A stretch of DNA of 64,000 nt. It comes from Balanoglossus misakiensis. Its lineage: Eukaryota; Animalia; Hemichordata. The stretch's first letter is position 1. Each line of letters starts with the position of its first letter. Where the stretch lies: the NCBI GenBank assembly GCA_040954595.2, contig CM082594.2:146208-210207 (forward strand), given 5' to 3'. The translations under genes were made by a program, and so were the position numbers. Below are positions 12,816 through 27,779 of the stretch, piece by piece. The notes beneath the pieces are model-generated. The model was not told where the DNA came from. It was given only the letters and a program-made list of their open reading frames with translations, and did not search any database.

Positions 12816-13334
12816 CACCATGGCCTCCTTCACAAAAACCTCACCAGACCCCATAATGCCTCCATCTCTTACACCACACCTTATACCCACCACAAATCCT
12901 AGCCATCACCCAACCTATCATAGCCCAAACAATCCAAACCCAATCAAAATTGACCCTAGCCCCACTTATCAAGCCATCAATGCTCAACGGCAACCCAAAT
13001 AACACTTAACTTAAAGATTGGCATAAATCCAAACTCATACCACTGCGACCCCAAATATACAACACAAAGACTCAATCACGAACCAATACCTACCATTTGT
13101 AGCAAATACACGACCAAAGATTTGATCCCATCTATCATCCATATATCATCAGAAAGTTGGGACGATGAGCAATGGGGCAGAGACTGATCATCAAAAATTT
13201 GAGACAGGGAATTCCAACAAATGAGATCATTAAGTTAAATATGCAAAGCAAATCAGAAAAGAGAATCGGAAGATTTTCTCCGAAGGACACCTTGCAAATT
13301 CATGATTGGAAAGACACTGCAGTCACATGTATAT

Positions 13335-14540
13335 TGTAGTGTCCAAACACTAGTGAGCATCTATACTTTATACATTCTGTAAAATGACGTAATGCAACAT
13401 TCGGGTCATTATGAATAAAGTGCGTGAATGAGGCTAGGCACTCTCACTCTTACATGCCGGACTTGGTGTCTCATGTTGTCATTATTGCCCACCCACGATT
13501 CTATATTTGGCGACGAGGACGGAGAACATGGAGAATCAGCTAGCCGTCAATGCCGAGTTTTCCTGTTCATTCAGTCTCGACAACCACCAGTACGAGATGG
13601 AAAAAGTACATGGTTAGAGTAGAAAACGCATTTGTCGCATTCAACATTACAGATGACAACCGACAACGTGCACTGCTATTGCACTGGGCAGGTGAGGAAG
13701 TTTCCGACTTCTTTGATACTCTACCAGATACAGGAACGAGCTGTGAAACAGCCATATTAAAGCTTACGTCGTACTTCTCACCCAAACGGAACATTGAATA
13801 CGAACGATTTATCTTCAGAGACACCATACAAAACAACGGCGAATCGATTGATGCCTATCACACTTGTTTGCAACGCCTAGCAGAAACATATGTGACTTCA
13901 CCAATAAGGATCAAGAGGTCAAATCACAAATCATACGAGGATTCACATCAGCCCGTCTCAGACGTCGTGCTCTTCGGGAGGAGACGACACTAGAGAATCT
14001 ACTGAGTACAGCCTGTTCATTTGAGGTATCAGAGGTTCAGGCTAGTGGGATTGAGGAGAAAACCCAAAATTATGGTGCAGATACGGCATCTGTGAATGCG
14101 GTCAGAAAACAGCGCCACCAACGCCCGAAACCAAATAAACAAAAGAGAGCTCATCAGCAGCCAGCGAAAGGACCGTCCACTTGTTATTATTGTGGTGGCA
14201 CCTATCCACATGACTCAGTATGTCCAGCTAAAGGCAAGTCATGCAGGAAGTGTGGCAAACCTAACTATTTTGCCAAATGCTACCGATCAAAAGGCAAGGC
14301 AAATAGGGTAGACAAGGATGAAACTGTCAAAGCTGTGCATAAAGTGGAAGACAGCTCGGGAGATGAATACTGCTTCACTGTACAACAATCAAATGGCAGG
14401 AGGCCTCAAGTAACAGTGCAGACAGAACAAACAGCAGTTGCCTCACTGATCGACCCTGGTTCTACAATAAACATGATGAGTGTAAACACATACAACAACC
14501 TAAAGAACAAACCCATGTGGCAAACAGAAAGCCCGTTTTA
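13335..14540 (+). mobile_element. gag: Gypsy (Mag-like) LTR retrotransposon 5' part: short LTR (about 13335-13505), PBS, gag with zinc knuckles, start of protease; 3' truncated
   Basis: PBS TGGCGACGAGGA at 13508 (tRNA-Ser type); ALLLHWAGEEV...YERFIFR; CYYCGGTYPHDSVCPAKGKSCRKCGKPNYFAKC; LIDPGS protease-like motif; frameshifts. Confidence 0.9.
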
Positions 14541-17079
14541 CCACTGTCAGCAGTGCATTATTGAGTATTTTAGCATCGCTGGATTTAGCTCTCGTCCAAT
14601 CAGAATTGCGGACGGTAGCATGATATAATATAATTGAGAATAAATCTCGCGACAAGTGTACAGTTTGACAATGTACACAGATAATCCGTTTCAACAATGT
14701 TTCCTTTGTAGTGTGAATAAAACTGCACACTTTGCAAGTTTTCAACTTCAAAACACTATGGCTATTACAGAGACAAAGCTGCTAATATACAGTGTATACC
14801 TGTCATTTTTGTTTGTGGTGAGATTTTCATTGGCACAGTCGCACAGAGCTCACACAAGAGGAAATTACACTTTCTGTTGAATTCACTGCATCCTGCTAAC
14901 TTTAAGTCATATATCCAGTGAAACATTAAGTTATAGAATTTTCCATCGCAGTATTCTGTTTTATATACATGTATAGCAGTCCCACACATATTGATTAATT
15001 TGACAAAAGAAACTGACTGACAATTTTCACAGCGCTCCCAGTATAGCATCCTTGGCAGGTGCACGTCAATGCCCCACACGAGGTTAGGGTTGGCAAGTGC
15101 TGCCATTTTGACATGGGTTGTTAGCACTGATCAATTCCTACGCATGACAGAAAAATGAAGAATTAGGCTATGGGCCGGACCTGCCTATCGTTTCAAAACG
15201 CACTCTGTATATTAGGGTCTATTTCTTTTACATAAAAACAAGTCTTCTTGCTCTAATATGATAAAAGAAAAAAACTTCAACTTAAATATTGCGTCCTCAG
15301 AGGTAATATCGAGCCCTAAAAATCAGGTATGCTAATGCGGTTAAAGGTCGTGCAGTTCTCCTTATAACAAGCGATCTTATTGGTGGTTACGTGACTGCAC
15401 CAATCACAGAATGCGTTATGTCACTCAGCAATTACACACGCAGGGCCAACTATCAGGCAGCTACATGTATACTAGTATACATGTTACAGAAGATTAAACA
15501 GAATTGTTGGTAAGGAAAGTTTGAGCAGACTAGTCCATTCAATGTAAAAAATGGTGCTGATTCCAAAAAAGTCAGTCTTATTGACCCCTTTCAAGACAAA
15601 ATTGCCATTTTTGCCACTTTTAACCCAAAAGGTCATTTAAAAAACACTCAAAACACACTGTTTTCATCACATTCGGAGATCTGATGACATTTGAGGATTA
15701 TGCGGAAACAGTGACACACCAGAATAAAAATTACAGGTGACATTTGCAAGCAGATATGATCTGACCATATAGAAATATGGAATGTAAAAACATTAACAAG
15801 GAACATGCCCAATAAACTGTCATGTGTCATGGCAGTCTTACAAGTGGTGCTAGAAAAAAAAAATGACCAAAAATTGTCGGTACAAACACATATGCGAAGC
15901 AACTTCTTTCAGTCAGCCCTGGAACAGACACACACTGACCTGCCACTGGTAATTAAAATTTGATAGCTGGTGGTCTCTGTAACAGCTGGCCTATTTAAGT
16001 TATGTAAACATGTCTTTGTTCGAGGTAACAACTCCTTGTAAATAGTAACTTTAAAAACAACTGGACAATTTGTTTAGGAAAAGATTTGCTAACCAAAAAC
16101 TAAGAAACTTACCAAAAAAACTCGCTAAATATTTAATCTTTCTGATCTCAGAATTGAATAAAAGTTGCACATATACAGGTATGTGTTATGAAATTATATC
16201 CTAAATTTCAAAGCAATCAGAGAAAAAACTAATTTCAAAGCAATCCAACAAGCAGTTTCACAGAAAATATTTGTTCAAAAGTGGCAAAAACACAAATATG
16301 CAAATATCATCAAAATTGTACAATATCTTACTTCAATCACTACAAGGAACATGCTGCCTAAGTTCAATGCAATAGGACAAGCGGTTTCAGAGAAAACAAT
16401 TTTTGACAAAAATTGCAAAAGTTTCCCCGATAACACATTTATGCAAATATCTCTTTTTTTTTACAACATATTATTTAGGTTACCCCTACGAACATGCCTA
16501 CCAAATTGGAAAGCAATCTGGCATGAGGTTTTAAAGAAAAACATTTTTTGACCAAAAATGGCAAATATTGCTCAAAATTATAGATATGCAAATTTTGCAA
16601 CAATTTGAACAAAACTATGGTTACTTAGACAACATTAGGAGGCTTCATACTAAATTTCAAAGACTTTTTACCAATAACATGGAAAAATACAAAAAAATAC
16701 CAAAAAAATAGGAAATCGATAATATTAGCTCAAAACATACAGGATTGTATGAGGTTGATATAAGGTACATGCATACCAATTTTCAAATCAATATGACCAG
16801 TGGTTGTCCAGTTTTTGAGTTTTGACCAATTTCACATTTTCCCAGCTAATTTGCATATTTTTGGCAATGACATCTTCATTTGAACAAACTCCCATCTACA
16901 GCCCTGCCTGCATCTACACGCCAAATATCGAGGTCATACGCGCTGCGGTTTTCAAGTTTTCGATGTGGACGGACATACAGACATACATCCATCCATCCAT
17001 CCATCCATACATACAGACGTAACCAATCCCATAAGGTCCCATGGTACATACCAATGGGACCTAAAAACTTGTGACTTAC

Positions 17080-20000
17080 ATGTAACACATGTTTGCCCAG
17101 TGTAGCAGGTTGGACAGTTGCAGGTGTAGATTGAGCAGGAGCCTTGAAGTGGCTGATACACTCCGTTATTCAGACATGGGTTTAGAAGACACTGGTTGAT
17201 CGCTAAGGGTGAGAGAAATGAAAAGTATCACATTAGGGTCTTACACACTTGAGTGGGAAGTGAAATCTGTAGCAGACTGTCAGAAGATTGCACATCCGTG
17301 TGATCATGTTCATGTGTGAAGGATAATGAAGACCACTTGATCCAAGCTTGGTGCTACCATCTTTATCATAATTACAGCATCTTATAATATTTACTAGTTG
17401 GGGGTGGGGTGGGGTGGGGGTGGGGGTAGTTGATGTCATAACTTTCTGATGTTTCAATTTACGGTTGGAAAAATAGCAACATCTACTCTGATGAGCATTT
17501 GAGTCAATGAAAGTATACATCATGGCTACGGTAGTGCATATAAGTCTCTTGGTTAGCTGCACAATCACAGGCAACTTTATTGAGACAATATCAATGACAA
17601 AGCCCAGCGATTTCTACTTTGTGCGGCAAATCTGACACTGGTTTGCTTACGTTCAGCGCACGTGGTTCCGATGAAACAGCGCGAACTCTGGCATCTGAAC
17701 TCGGTGCAGGACACTTGCTGGCAGAATCCACTGTTTAGACAAGGGTTGGGCTGACACGGATTCAAATCTGTGCACAGAAGAGAAAGTGATATAAATTGTG
17801 TACAGTTAATATTTACTACATATACTTTAAACAGATTTGTGCAGTCAGGGTTGAGTGGTAAAAATCTCAGTTGGTCAACAGAACATCACTGTGACAAATT
17901 TCTTCCATGTTCAACAAAAGAAACGTAATGAAATTTTGACACAGGTGTAATAGTGTCTTAGTGTACCATACGGTGCAGGTTGTTGTTTGGTCAAATACAC
18001 AATCCCCTTTTATGGCACACACATTCTTAATAAATTTCCCCAAAATTGTGTCGTTATTCACTGTTTGATACAGGTTGGAAGAAACCAACTGCAAGCCGAT
18101 TATGTGTTATGTTATTATGTTCCTCTTCATCTGAAATTTAAAATCACTCACATGTCTGACATAAATCGCCGGAGTAACAGCTTGTACAGGAGCATGTGAA
18201 TTCAGTACACCAATTGGGCGTCAGCACACAGTTTCCACCATTCTGACACTGGATGGGTTGACACTGGTTGACAGCTGTGGGATGTGCAGTCAAGATATTG
18301 TCAAAATTACAGAATCTACAAACTACACTCCACAGTCATGTACATGTATACATGACAACAACCAAAGGGCTGTTTTGAAAAACCAAATGCTGTGAAATCC
18401 TTTAGAGTGTGACAAGAAACCACAGTTGCAACCGAAAACAAAAATAGTGATAACATTAAGCTAGCCCAAAGTTTGAGTTACCAGGGCTTTAATATGTGTA
18501 CCGTACTTATATTATATAATACATAACAAGTGTTTTGCATTGAATAAAATAATATTGGTTTGTACTTACGCATTGTAAATGTGGCACCAGTGAAGCATTC
18601 GGTACACATACAGTCAAACAGGAAACAGCCGTCTCGCGCAACGCATGTGCCACCATTTTGACAAGGCATAGAGTATAACTGATCAATGGCTGCCAAAACA
18701 AAAATGAAAGTATCAATTACCTGCTTGTCAAAAACTTGTACATGTACTTGTGATGTTCATTTCGTTTAAATATGTGAGCAATGTCTTCATTCCTTGTTTC
18801 AAACCTGTACATTTAAAATAACATAATGATGCTATTGCTAGGATTTTTCTGTAAGAATCTTGAAAAATTAAAAAATGTGCCGTCAACATGATACAGAAGG
18901 CTTTCCTTTTTAACGTGCATCTCACACTCAATTTTGACCCTACATCAGCAAATTTTGAAAGGATGAAACTTAGTAATGCTTCCACCCCATTTATTGGTGT
19001 ATGGGTCCATCTATCACATTGAGAATACCAAAAATGAGGGTTTATATACCACGCTGTGTCATAAAACAGTAATTCGACACACCTACGGCACAGATGGCCC
19101 CAGTCCAACACTACTGGCAGTAACAGGTGTAGTCAGTATAAGAATTTGGTGTTTGGGAACAATAGCCTCCATTTTGACACGGATTCTGATCACATGGGTT
19201 AATGACTATCAGAAAAAAAATAGTTTAAAAAACATGAAATGCAGATGGCTACACCTCAACCAAAGATGATTCCTGCACCACAACAAAATCCTTTGACACA
19301 AGCATTATACTGGAACCATACCCAGAACACGCATTAAGTATATGATGAAGGGACAATGTCTCTATTTTGGGTAATACAGTAAAACCTGTCTTTATGGACA
19401 CCTCTCTAATCAGAACACCTAGTAAGATTGATTTTTCAAGCCAAATAGTAAGGATAATTAAGGACGTCTCTTTTACTTAATACTCAGATGTGTGCACCAC
19501 CTTAGGAGAGATTACCTCATATGCACAATTATCTCTACAGACACTAGTCTTCAAGAGGCAACTCTTGTATATTTGAGTGATGAAAACATCCAGCTTCGTA
19601 CACTTCCTCACAAGTTCGTGCCTATCCTAAATTGCACGGACATACAAATGAAATTTCTGTTTTCTTTTCTCTTGGGGAAATTTTAGAAATGAGAAGTTAC
19701 CACACAATTCAATTGCCATGAAGAGAAAGTGCCCAAAAGATTGTCATTTACGGTACGTCAGAAACTTACATATTTCACAACGGTTACCCTCATAGCAACC
19801 AGTACAGGCACAGGTATATGCCGTGCAGGAGTTGGCCACTGCATTACATACAGCCCCGTTGAGACAGCTGTTTCGCTGGCATGGATCTTGGACTGCAATA
19901 AAAAGTGCAACCTAATGTTATCTCAGCAATATTTACTTTCAAAATCTATTTGATAAAAACATCATCATTACCATTACTGTAAATACTGAACGGAACTTCA

Positions 20001-23000
20001 CTTCCAAAAACAACTTGCTCATTCTGGGACGCACTTGTGGGGCTATGAAAATCTCTGTATATGTATCTTGTGTAGGGAAAATTTTCATGAACGATCAACA
20101 TTTTTTTCTTCAAATAAACATGTTTTCTTTCAGTTGTACATCATTTTTGAGGTGAACGATTCCCAAGGCCCAAGGTGTGATGCTGAAGATGAAAATATAA
20201 AGTATGACCAACAGACAATGTATTGAGACATGATTGTAAATGTTAGTTCCTGCATGACAAAATGTTTGTTTTAATGAGTTTTACACTGGCTGCAGTGTGT
20301 GCCGGTGAAACATCCTGGACAAGTACACTCATAAGTTGTACACGACAGCCGAGTACACTGCCCATTGTTCAGGCATGGACTTGGCCTACATGGAGTTTGT
20401 TCTGTTTCAATGGAATGAAAATAAATAAATAGTAGTGACATAAGTTTTTAGGGTATGACCATTTCCTTAATTCCTACAGCTGTGGTTCTATCGGGTTCTC
20501 CTATAACTAAGCCTCCTTAATGTATAACTGAACAATAAGAATTACTTATTATACTTTTGGGAGTTTAGGACTTAGTAATTGCAAAAAAGACTCAATTCCT
20601 GAAAGTGCCTATTTGGTTTGTCACATCCTAAATATACAGGTAATTTCATAGCTGCCAGCTATGACAAATATACCGGTATGAGGGGGGAAAAACAGTTCCT
20701 CGTCTGATAAATTTACCTTGGTCACAGGTGATTCCAATGATACAGCCTTGACAGCGACAGGTAAACGCACTGCACGATCCACTGATTGGCTCACAGATAC
20801 CGTTGTTCATGCACGGATTGGGAGAACATTGATCGAGTCCTGGGGGTTGCATGTAAATCAACCAACAATTGCACATTAACATCACAAGTCATTTCACTAT
20901 TTTTTCATTCCAAACTTAAAAGATTGCTTGTAACTTGCTGAACAAATATTCATATGGACAGACTATTCTAGCTTGGAACAGGCAAAATCAAGGGTGCCCT
21001 GACGCCCAACTTTTAAGAGCAGTTCATTTACTGAAACTGCCAGCACCCAATATTATCCCACATGTAATCAATATGTGGAAATCAAATACATCTGTAACAG
21101 TTTTAATTTACCATGTGGGTATTTGCATGGAGGGCCATGGTATTTGTTACCTACTGATAAAATACCCTTCAAAACAATATCCTCATTTCTTCAGAAGTTT
21201 GGCAACAAGACCAATAAAGTTTCACATCAAAATTTACAATGTATAAATAAGCTTAAAAGATCTACGGAATGAAGATGGCTTGTTTGTTTGCAGGGTGTCT
21301 TGAAAGTATATACTCACTTGTTTGACCATGGACCCTAGAGAAAGAAGGACGCGCAACTCCAGTTTTTTCTTGAAATGATGTTCTTTTGCATACATTATTT
21401 CCAGATAAATCCCAATAATCCAATTTGCAAATTAACTGTGTATAAACTAACGCAAAGTCTCGTGTTTTGTGTGAAGTTATCACAACACCTCAGAACATCT
21501 CGCAGAAGACGAGAAAACTGCAACGTGGTTGAACGCAGCGATTATTTATGGAACACATCTGGACAAGTTAAACAGGAATTTGAATCTGAGTCTGACAGCG
21601 TCCAAAACAAGCATCTTTTGTCTAACAGTCCGGGTATTTCACAAGGCTGTGAGCTAACCGTACCGAGGGTTGCCTGGCGGCCATAGCGCACACATGATAA
21701 TCCACCCAGTTTGTTTACAAATTGTTTTCGTGAAATCTGTTTTATTGTTCACGCACTGCGAAATAAAATGCCCCTAAACCACAATTTTTATTTCAATGCT
21801 TCACGCAAACATAAAATTATTACGAAAAGTGTCAGCGTTACTAAGAAATATGAGTGCCCAGTCGGACATGCAAAAAACATGGATGATTTGTTTACAATTT
21901 TTAAATGAAGCTTGTGGCACTAGAAATGACCATTCAACCGACAGACGAACACCAAACCATAATAATTAGCACAGACATCGTAATACTTTTAGAATTTTAG
22001 AAAAAAACGCAGTGGCTGCTGAAATGCAGTAGTGCCAGTTTGGTGGCAAGTTTTCGCATCACTGGTGGGGTCGACACGTGCCGAAGTAAGGAAGTCATTG
22101 TCCGACTGTCCTGGGTGTTAATTATATAAAAAAAAAAACATCATCATACAGATAATCCCCAAACCCTTTGATCTTTGCCGCAGTTGCTCGCCCTTCTTTC
22201 TCTAGGGTCTATGGTTTGACAGATGTCACCTGTGTAAGAGTTCACACACTGGCATGAATAGAAATTGCACGATGTTTGCTGGCAAAATCCACCATTCATA
22301 CATGGGTTGGGATCACAGGGGTTTTGCACTGGAAATTAAGAAAGGACGCCATTTTATTCCTTGCTACTCATTCTACAGTACAGATATGGCAAAAACCTTG
22401 CAGAATTATGGCAAGGGTGTGTGGAGTGATTGTGCCTACAACTTATATTAGGCTGGTATCAAGTTGTTCACACCTCCATAGATCACGTGGCAGTGACTGT
22501 GAGGCAAGGGCTTCCCTTCATGAAATCAAAGACCTGTGTACTGGAGGAGGGTTCCTTGCAAATGCTTGACTTGACTTCAAGCACACCTGTAGACTCATAT
22601 GTAAATTTACACTATCTGGCCTGGAGTGAGAATTTCCATAGTGGATGTGTGTTGACAAAAGGCAGTAAAATTGGCCAGTCGCGCATAATGTTTCTTGAAC
22701 CAAGACAATCAAGACATTATGCGCCACGAAAGTGATTTTGATTGGAAAGAGTGTAATCTTGCATTCGATGTCAAGAACTCTCCAAGCTCTGCTGTGGTGA
22801 TGGCTACACCTATGCTCAGGAAACATGCAGTATTTGAATGAGACTGCGCTGTATACTTACATATCTCACACCTATCACCTTTGTAGCAACCAGTACATAT
22901 GCAGGTGAGATCAAAGCAGGAATTTCGAGCCGGTTGACAGAAGCCACCATTCTGGCACGGATTTGGTTGACACTGGTTGAGTCCTGCAAGGAAAAGGGTC

Positions 23001-23357
23001 AAATTTTCCATGATCATCAGGGGTGAGTTTTCTACAAAAATTGTGATGTGACAAACCGACAAATTAGCATATTAGCATAATCAGAATAAATAAAAAAAAT
23101 GCACAGGTAGTTTAAAAGAACAAAAACTTTCGAAACGGAATAGAGCTAAGCTGCTATCCCTTTCTATTTTTGTGTTTGTACAACATCAGTGAAGTTTAAA
23201 TCATAATAAAAAAATGATAATTATCATTATTAACTGCTACAGATTCAAACTTACTTGTCTCACAACTGGTTCCCTAGTAACACTCTGTGCACATGCAAAT
23301 TGTGGCAGTACAAGAATTTACCTGTTGTTGGCAGGTACCTCCATTGAGACAAGGACT
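17080..23357 (-). pseudogene. EGF-like exon array, copy 2
   Basis: Same exons and lesions as 1504-7779. Confidence 0.9.
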
Positions 23358-24184
23358 TCATAAGTTGTCTGAAAACACCAGTTTGCCCAATTTTCACTAA
23401 TGTATAGGAATACATGAGAAGTCGGCCAGATTAGAAGTCGGCCAGTTCGCGTGCATGAGAAGTCGGCCAGTATGAGAAGTCGGCCAGTTGTTGAACTTGT
23501 ACCCGAATAGTGCAGTAATGACCCAGATTACTTATAACAACACTTAATAAAATATAATTGCACTAAATATTTTCATTTGGACGGATTTCCCAAATTCTTG
23601 ACAACACAATGGCGTCATTTCAAATAATGGCGTCTGGCATCCGTACCAGTTCCCCAGCCCCGTATCCGCGTAAGGAGCTTAGGTTGTTCGCCAAATTCCT
23701 GTGACATTTCTGATTAAAGGGAGTTGTTTCAAAGCCTACTAAAATACATAGAAGATGTATGTGTATATTCATACTTTCTGAGACAACACCAAACAAACAA
23801 ACAAACAAACGTGACAAGGAACAGACTACTGGCGCAGCTCAAGAAGTGCAGGTGACTGATGTTGACGTACCCCGGTGACGTACATGAAAAGTGAACAGAC
23901 AGTTTTAAAATTCATTGGCTATTTGTACAAATATCTCAGCTCCTGTACATCAAGGAAACATTTCGTAGTGAAACAGTTATATATAACACAAAGTACCAGG
24001 GTTCTCTCCCACAGGCCGACTTCTCGTACTGGCCGAGACCGACTTCTCATACTGGTTGACTTCTCAGGACACCATGTATAGCTAGCTGTTGAACTCAAAA
24101 AATATGTAAAACTACAAGTGATGTAAACAACTTGTGGAACCATGTTCAAATCGAGACAAGAAGAAAAGGGATTTCAAGACTTAC

Positions 24185-26825
24185 CTCCTTCAGCACTTTA
24201 CTGCCCTGTAGCGCACTGTGTGACACTTGTAGTTGTGCATTCATAACCAGAAGGACGTGGCCGAGCCTAGCGAGTATGAACCTATCACAGAAAAAATTCA
24301 AAGAACGATTTTTACCACCATGGTTTGGTCCAACGATCCCTTATTAGAGAGATGTCCGTAATCACAGGTTTTACTGTACAATACCTCTTCAGTGGAATCA
24401 TTGTGTTTTTCAAAGTGCATCACAATATCAACTCCAATAAGCATAACAGTTTAATTTTCTGTGTATGCCATGCTATAACACAGGGAAGTCACAAGAGTGA
24501 TTTGCAGCCCAACTTACCAGTAACTGTTGAACAATCCACTACGGGTGACATGGTTGGACACTTGGATCCCGCTGGACAAGGCGTGCATGTGCCGTCGCCT
24601 TCCATAGCATATTCACCATTGCCACAGTCGAGCGGATCTTACATTGGATCTGAACACGATTGTCCAGCAGGGCACAGAAGACAGGATGTGCGTGCAGGCT
24701 CCTCACTTATTTCATCTGATTAAAGAAAATGAGGTTTTTAGTGATGTATTTGTGATACAGTGTCATTTAAAATAACAAATTACTTGAGATGATTCACTTC
24801 ATAATTCTGAGACAAGTATACAGGCATGTAGAAAATTCTTTGGAGGACATTAAACGTCATTTCTAATCAACCATTTTCTGAATATCATAAGACTCTGCGA
24901 GATCTCACATGGCTAACCGGGTCTCGCAAGATCTCGCACTGAGTTGATAATCTGTTGTAAACACATACATACATACACACACACACATACCCCAGTCGCA
25001 CTGACTTGAAAATCTGTTGTAAACACATACATGCATACACACATACCCCTCAGTTTCATCACACAGCAAACTGAACAAGTACCACAATCTTACCATTTGT
25101 ACATCTGGTACATTTTGTTGCACCAGCCAATGACACGTAACCCTTGGTACACTTGAATTGCGATGCACTGGGATCTATGCAGGCGTACCCTTGCTCACAA
25201 ATAGTACAATGTTCAGCACCAGCTGATCTGTAAATCAAACAGAGAATTTACACACCAAGTTAACCTTTGAATACCACTGTAAAAATTTGGTGCAAATTTT
25301 AATTATTTTCATAAATAGAGGTCTATTCAAATTTGGAAAAATTGTCATTTTTTCATTCATATATTATATCAGTAAATTTTAAATACAGAAATAGAAAATG
25401 ATCCCATCCTATTTTTCAGTTAGTAAATTACCTGACCTAATGTTTGATGTTAGAAATAAAGGTGGGTGGGTAGAAGTTTACCTGTTATGCAAGAGGTACA
25501 GCGAGACATCCTTTGTCCAAGGCCGAACTGTAATAACCAGCCGAGCATAAAATCACAGTGTTACCATTTGGACATTGGTTACCAGCTGGGCAATCAGCAC
25601 ATGATGTTTGTGCTGAAAATAAACAGAGATTTATAGAATCTTATAGTCACAGTCATACCTTCAAAGACGTGGGATTCTCACGCGGGTTGGGGAGACAAAA
25701 ATCCCTGGCAAAAGATTGAGGACAGGAAAATGCCAATCCAGAGATATTGGTAACAGAAACTGTGTACAGTCAATGCCATACGGCAGTGTGCTGTTCTAAC
25801 AACAGACAAGATCGTGACGATCATAGTCTGTGTCGGAGATTTGGAAAAGAGCAAATTTGGTGAAAAGACGGGACAAAACAAAAGTCTACTTATACGATGC
25901 ACATGAAAACTGGATGAAAGCGAAGCAGTCCACTATTTGAATGCATTGGATGTAAAATTGGCAGAATATTTGGACTGGACGTAATGTTTGTACGCACAGA
26001 ATTACGTACATGCACATAAGATGATCGTCCGCCTTAAAGGCACGTAAGCTGCAACTGGATAAAAAAATTAAAGTTTTAAATAATCTCATATATGCTTTTA
26101 ATTATGTCTATTAAATGATATTTCATGATAATATATCAAGCTCAACACTTATTTATGACACAATGGCCAAAAATTAAAGAAAAAACGAAAATTCCTGCAA
26201 TTTAAAAAAAAGTGCAATATTGCAATGAAAAATGGAAATCTGATGTCTCAGTGGTGTACATTTACTTCCATGAGCTCAAGTGGATGAGATCATGTTTTGT
26301 TTATGAAGTTTCACAACCGGAAATGCAACATTTTCATTGTTTCTTGCATTTTCCCAGGGTGGCGGCCATAATCGCTTGCGGCAAAGCTTTATTATTTATC
26401 TGGTTAAAACTTGCATATGCACTCATATTTAGGGTTTATAATGCTTGTGTATAGTTCACTGCCTTCATCTGCATGGACTAATGGTAGTGCAGTTTTAAAC
26501 AAATATTATGAAAATTATCCCAAAAGTTACAGCTTACGTGCCTTTAAGTGAAAGATTACACAGTAATGCCCAAACTTTAAGTGCTGACTCACCATCTATA
26601 TTAGTGTAGTATCCATCTTCACACACCTCTGGCTCCGACATACCATCATATTGGCACTTATACCCGGGGCAGGACAAGGCGTACAGTCTATACTTCCATT
26701 GTTGGCAAAATATCCCAGTCCGCATTGTGTTGGTGATGAGAGGCTGGCTGTTCCACACATGAAACCCCTGGACACAGCGTGCATGCTTCAGAACATGCTG
26801 AACTTTAACTTCCAGCTGCGCAGTC
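24185..26825 (-). pseudogene. Cys-rich GCC2/GCC3-like exons, copy 2
   Basis: Same exons and lesions as 8607-11248. Confidence 0.82.
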
Positions 26826-27779
26826 CTGTAGGAGTGAAGACGTCAAATATTAAGGAGGTTTAGGAGCCCTCTAGCCAGCAAACTTCATCAAGGATGTACG
26901 TGCAGAACATAAACCGGAAACAGTGCGTGTCCGGTCTTTTTCCCATAGGATTACATTGATAATCGCCAGAAAACAAACTTCTACTATTGTCATTTTCACG
27001 AAATTTTACACATAGCTCAGTCCAGCAAATATAAATTCATTGGTCAAATAAAATATAGGGGTCACCGCGCTCTTTTTTGAGATAAATTGCATTAAGAATT
27101 TTGGCCATAGACAAACAAACCATTGGTGAAAAATGCTGAGTCAGCAGATTTCTTCTATTATCGACCAATTTCATGGCTCTGTATTTCAAAAACAAGCGCG
27201 GTGACCCCTATATTTTATTACGGATTTTCATTATACATACAAAAGAGAATAAAAAAATTTACATTTAAAAAAATGACAATACTATGAACGTACATCCTTA
27301 ATGTTACTTAGGTAGTGGAGCACCAAAACCCAAATTTTCATATCGATTGTGTATTTTGTGATAAAAGCACCAAACTTGGCTCAGATGTGTGTTAATGTGT
27401 ACTGAACAAATTCAGATAGCGAGTTACTAAATATCTGTTGAAGAGTTTCCATGGCAACCATTTTTTTTCAAAATGGCCGCAAATACAGATAATCACACCT
27501 GTTAAACATCAAAATAAATTCAGATTACAATATTTGAAACAAGAAACTACGGAAAGAATGGTTTGCAATAGAACTATGGTTATTAAACTACAAATGTACT
27601 TATACGGGTAACTAAGGGATCAAAATACAGGTGCAACTTTCAATCCCTGGTACTCGCATTAGTATAGGTGCTCCCCCTAGTCAAACATTACGGCTAGTTG
27701 CGATATTTAACTTGAAGTACGTAAATTACACACACACGAATTGCAACAGTTAGCGAGTCACTAAATATCTATTGAAGAG

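Larger units (their letters stand above)
1..15575 (+). repeat. Segmental tandem duplication, copy 1 (phase set arbitrarily by the window start)
   Basis: The window-start sequence TCTTATTGACCCCTTTCAAGAC recurs at 15576 and 31621, and the ORF track repeats with an offset of about 15.58 kb. Confidence 0.97.

Noticed and set aside
15463-15484. Perfect 22-bp palindrome ACATGTATACTAGTATACATGT
   Set aside because: Built from the low-complexity TACATGTA motif that is common throughout the window; no other support for function.
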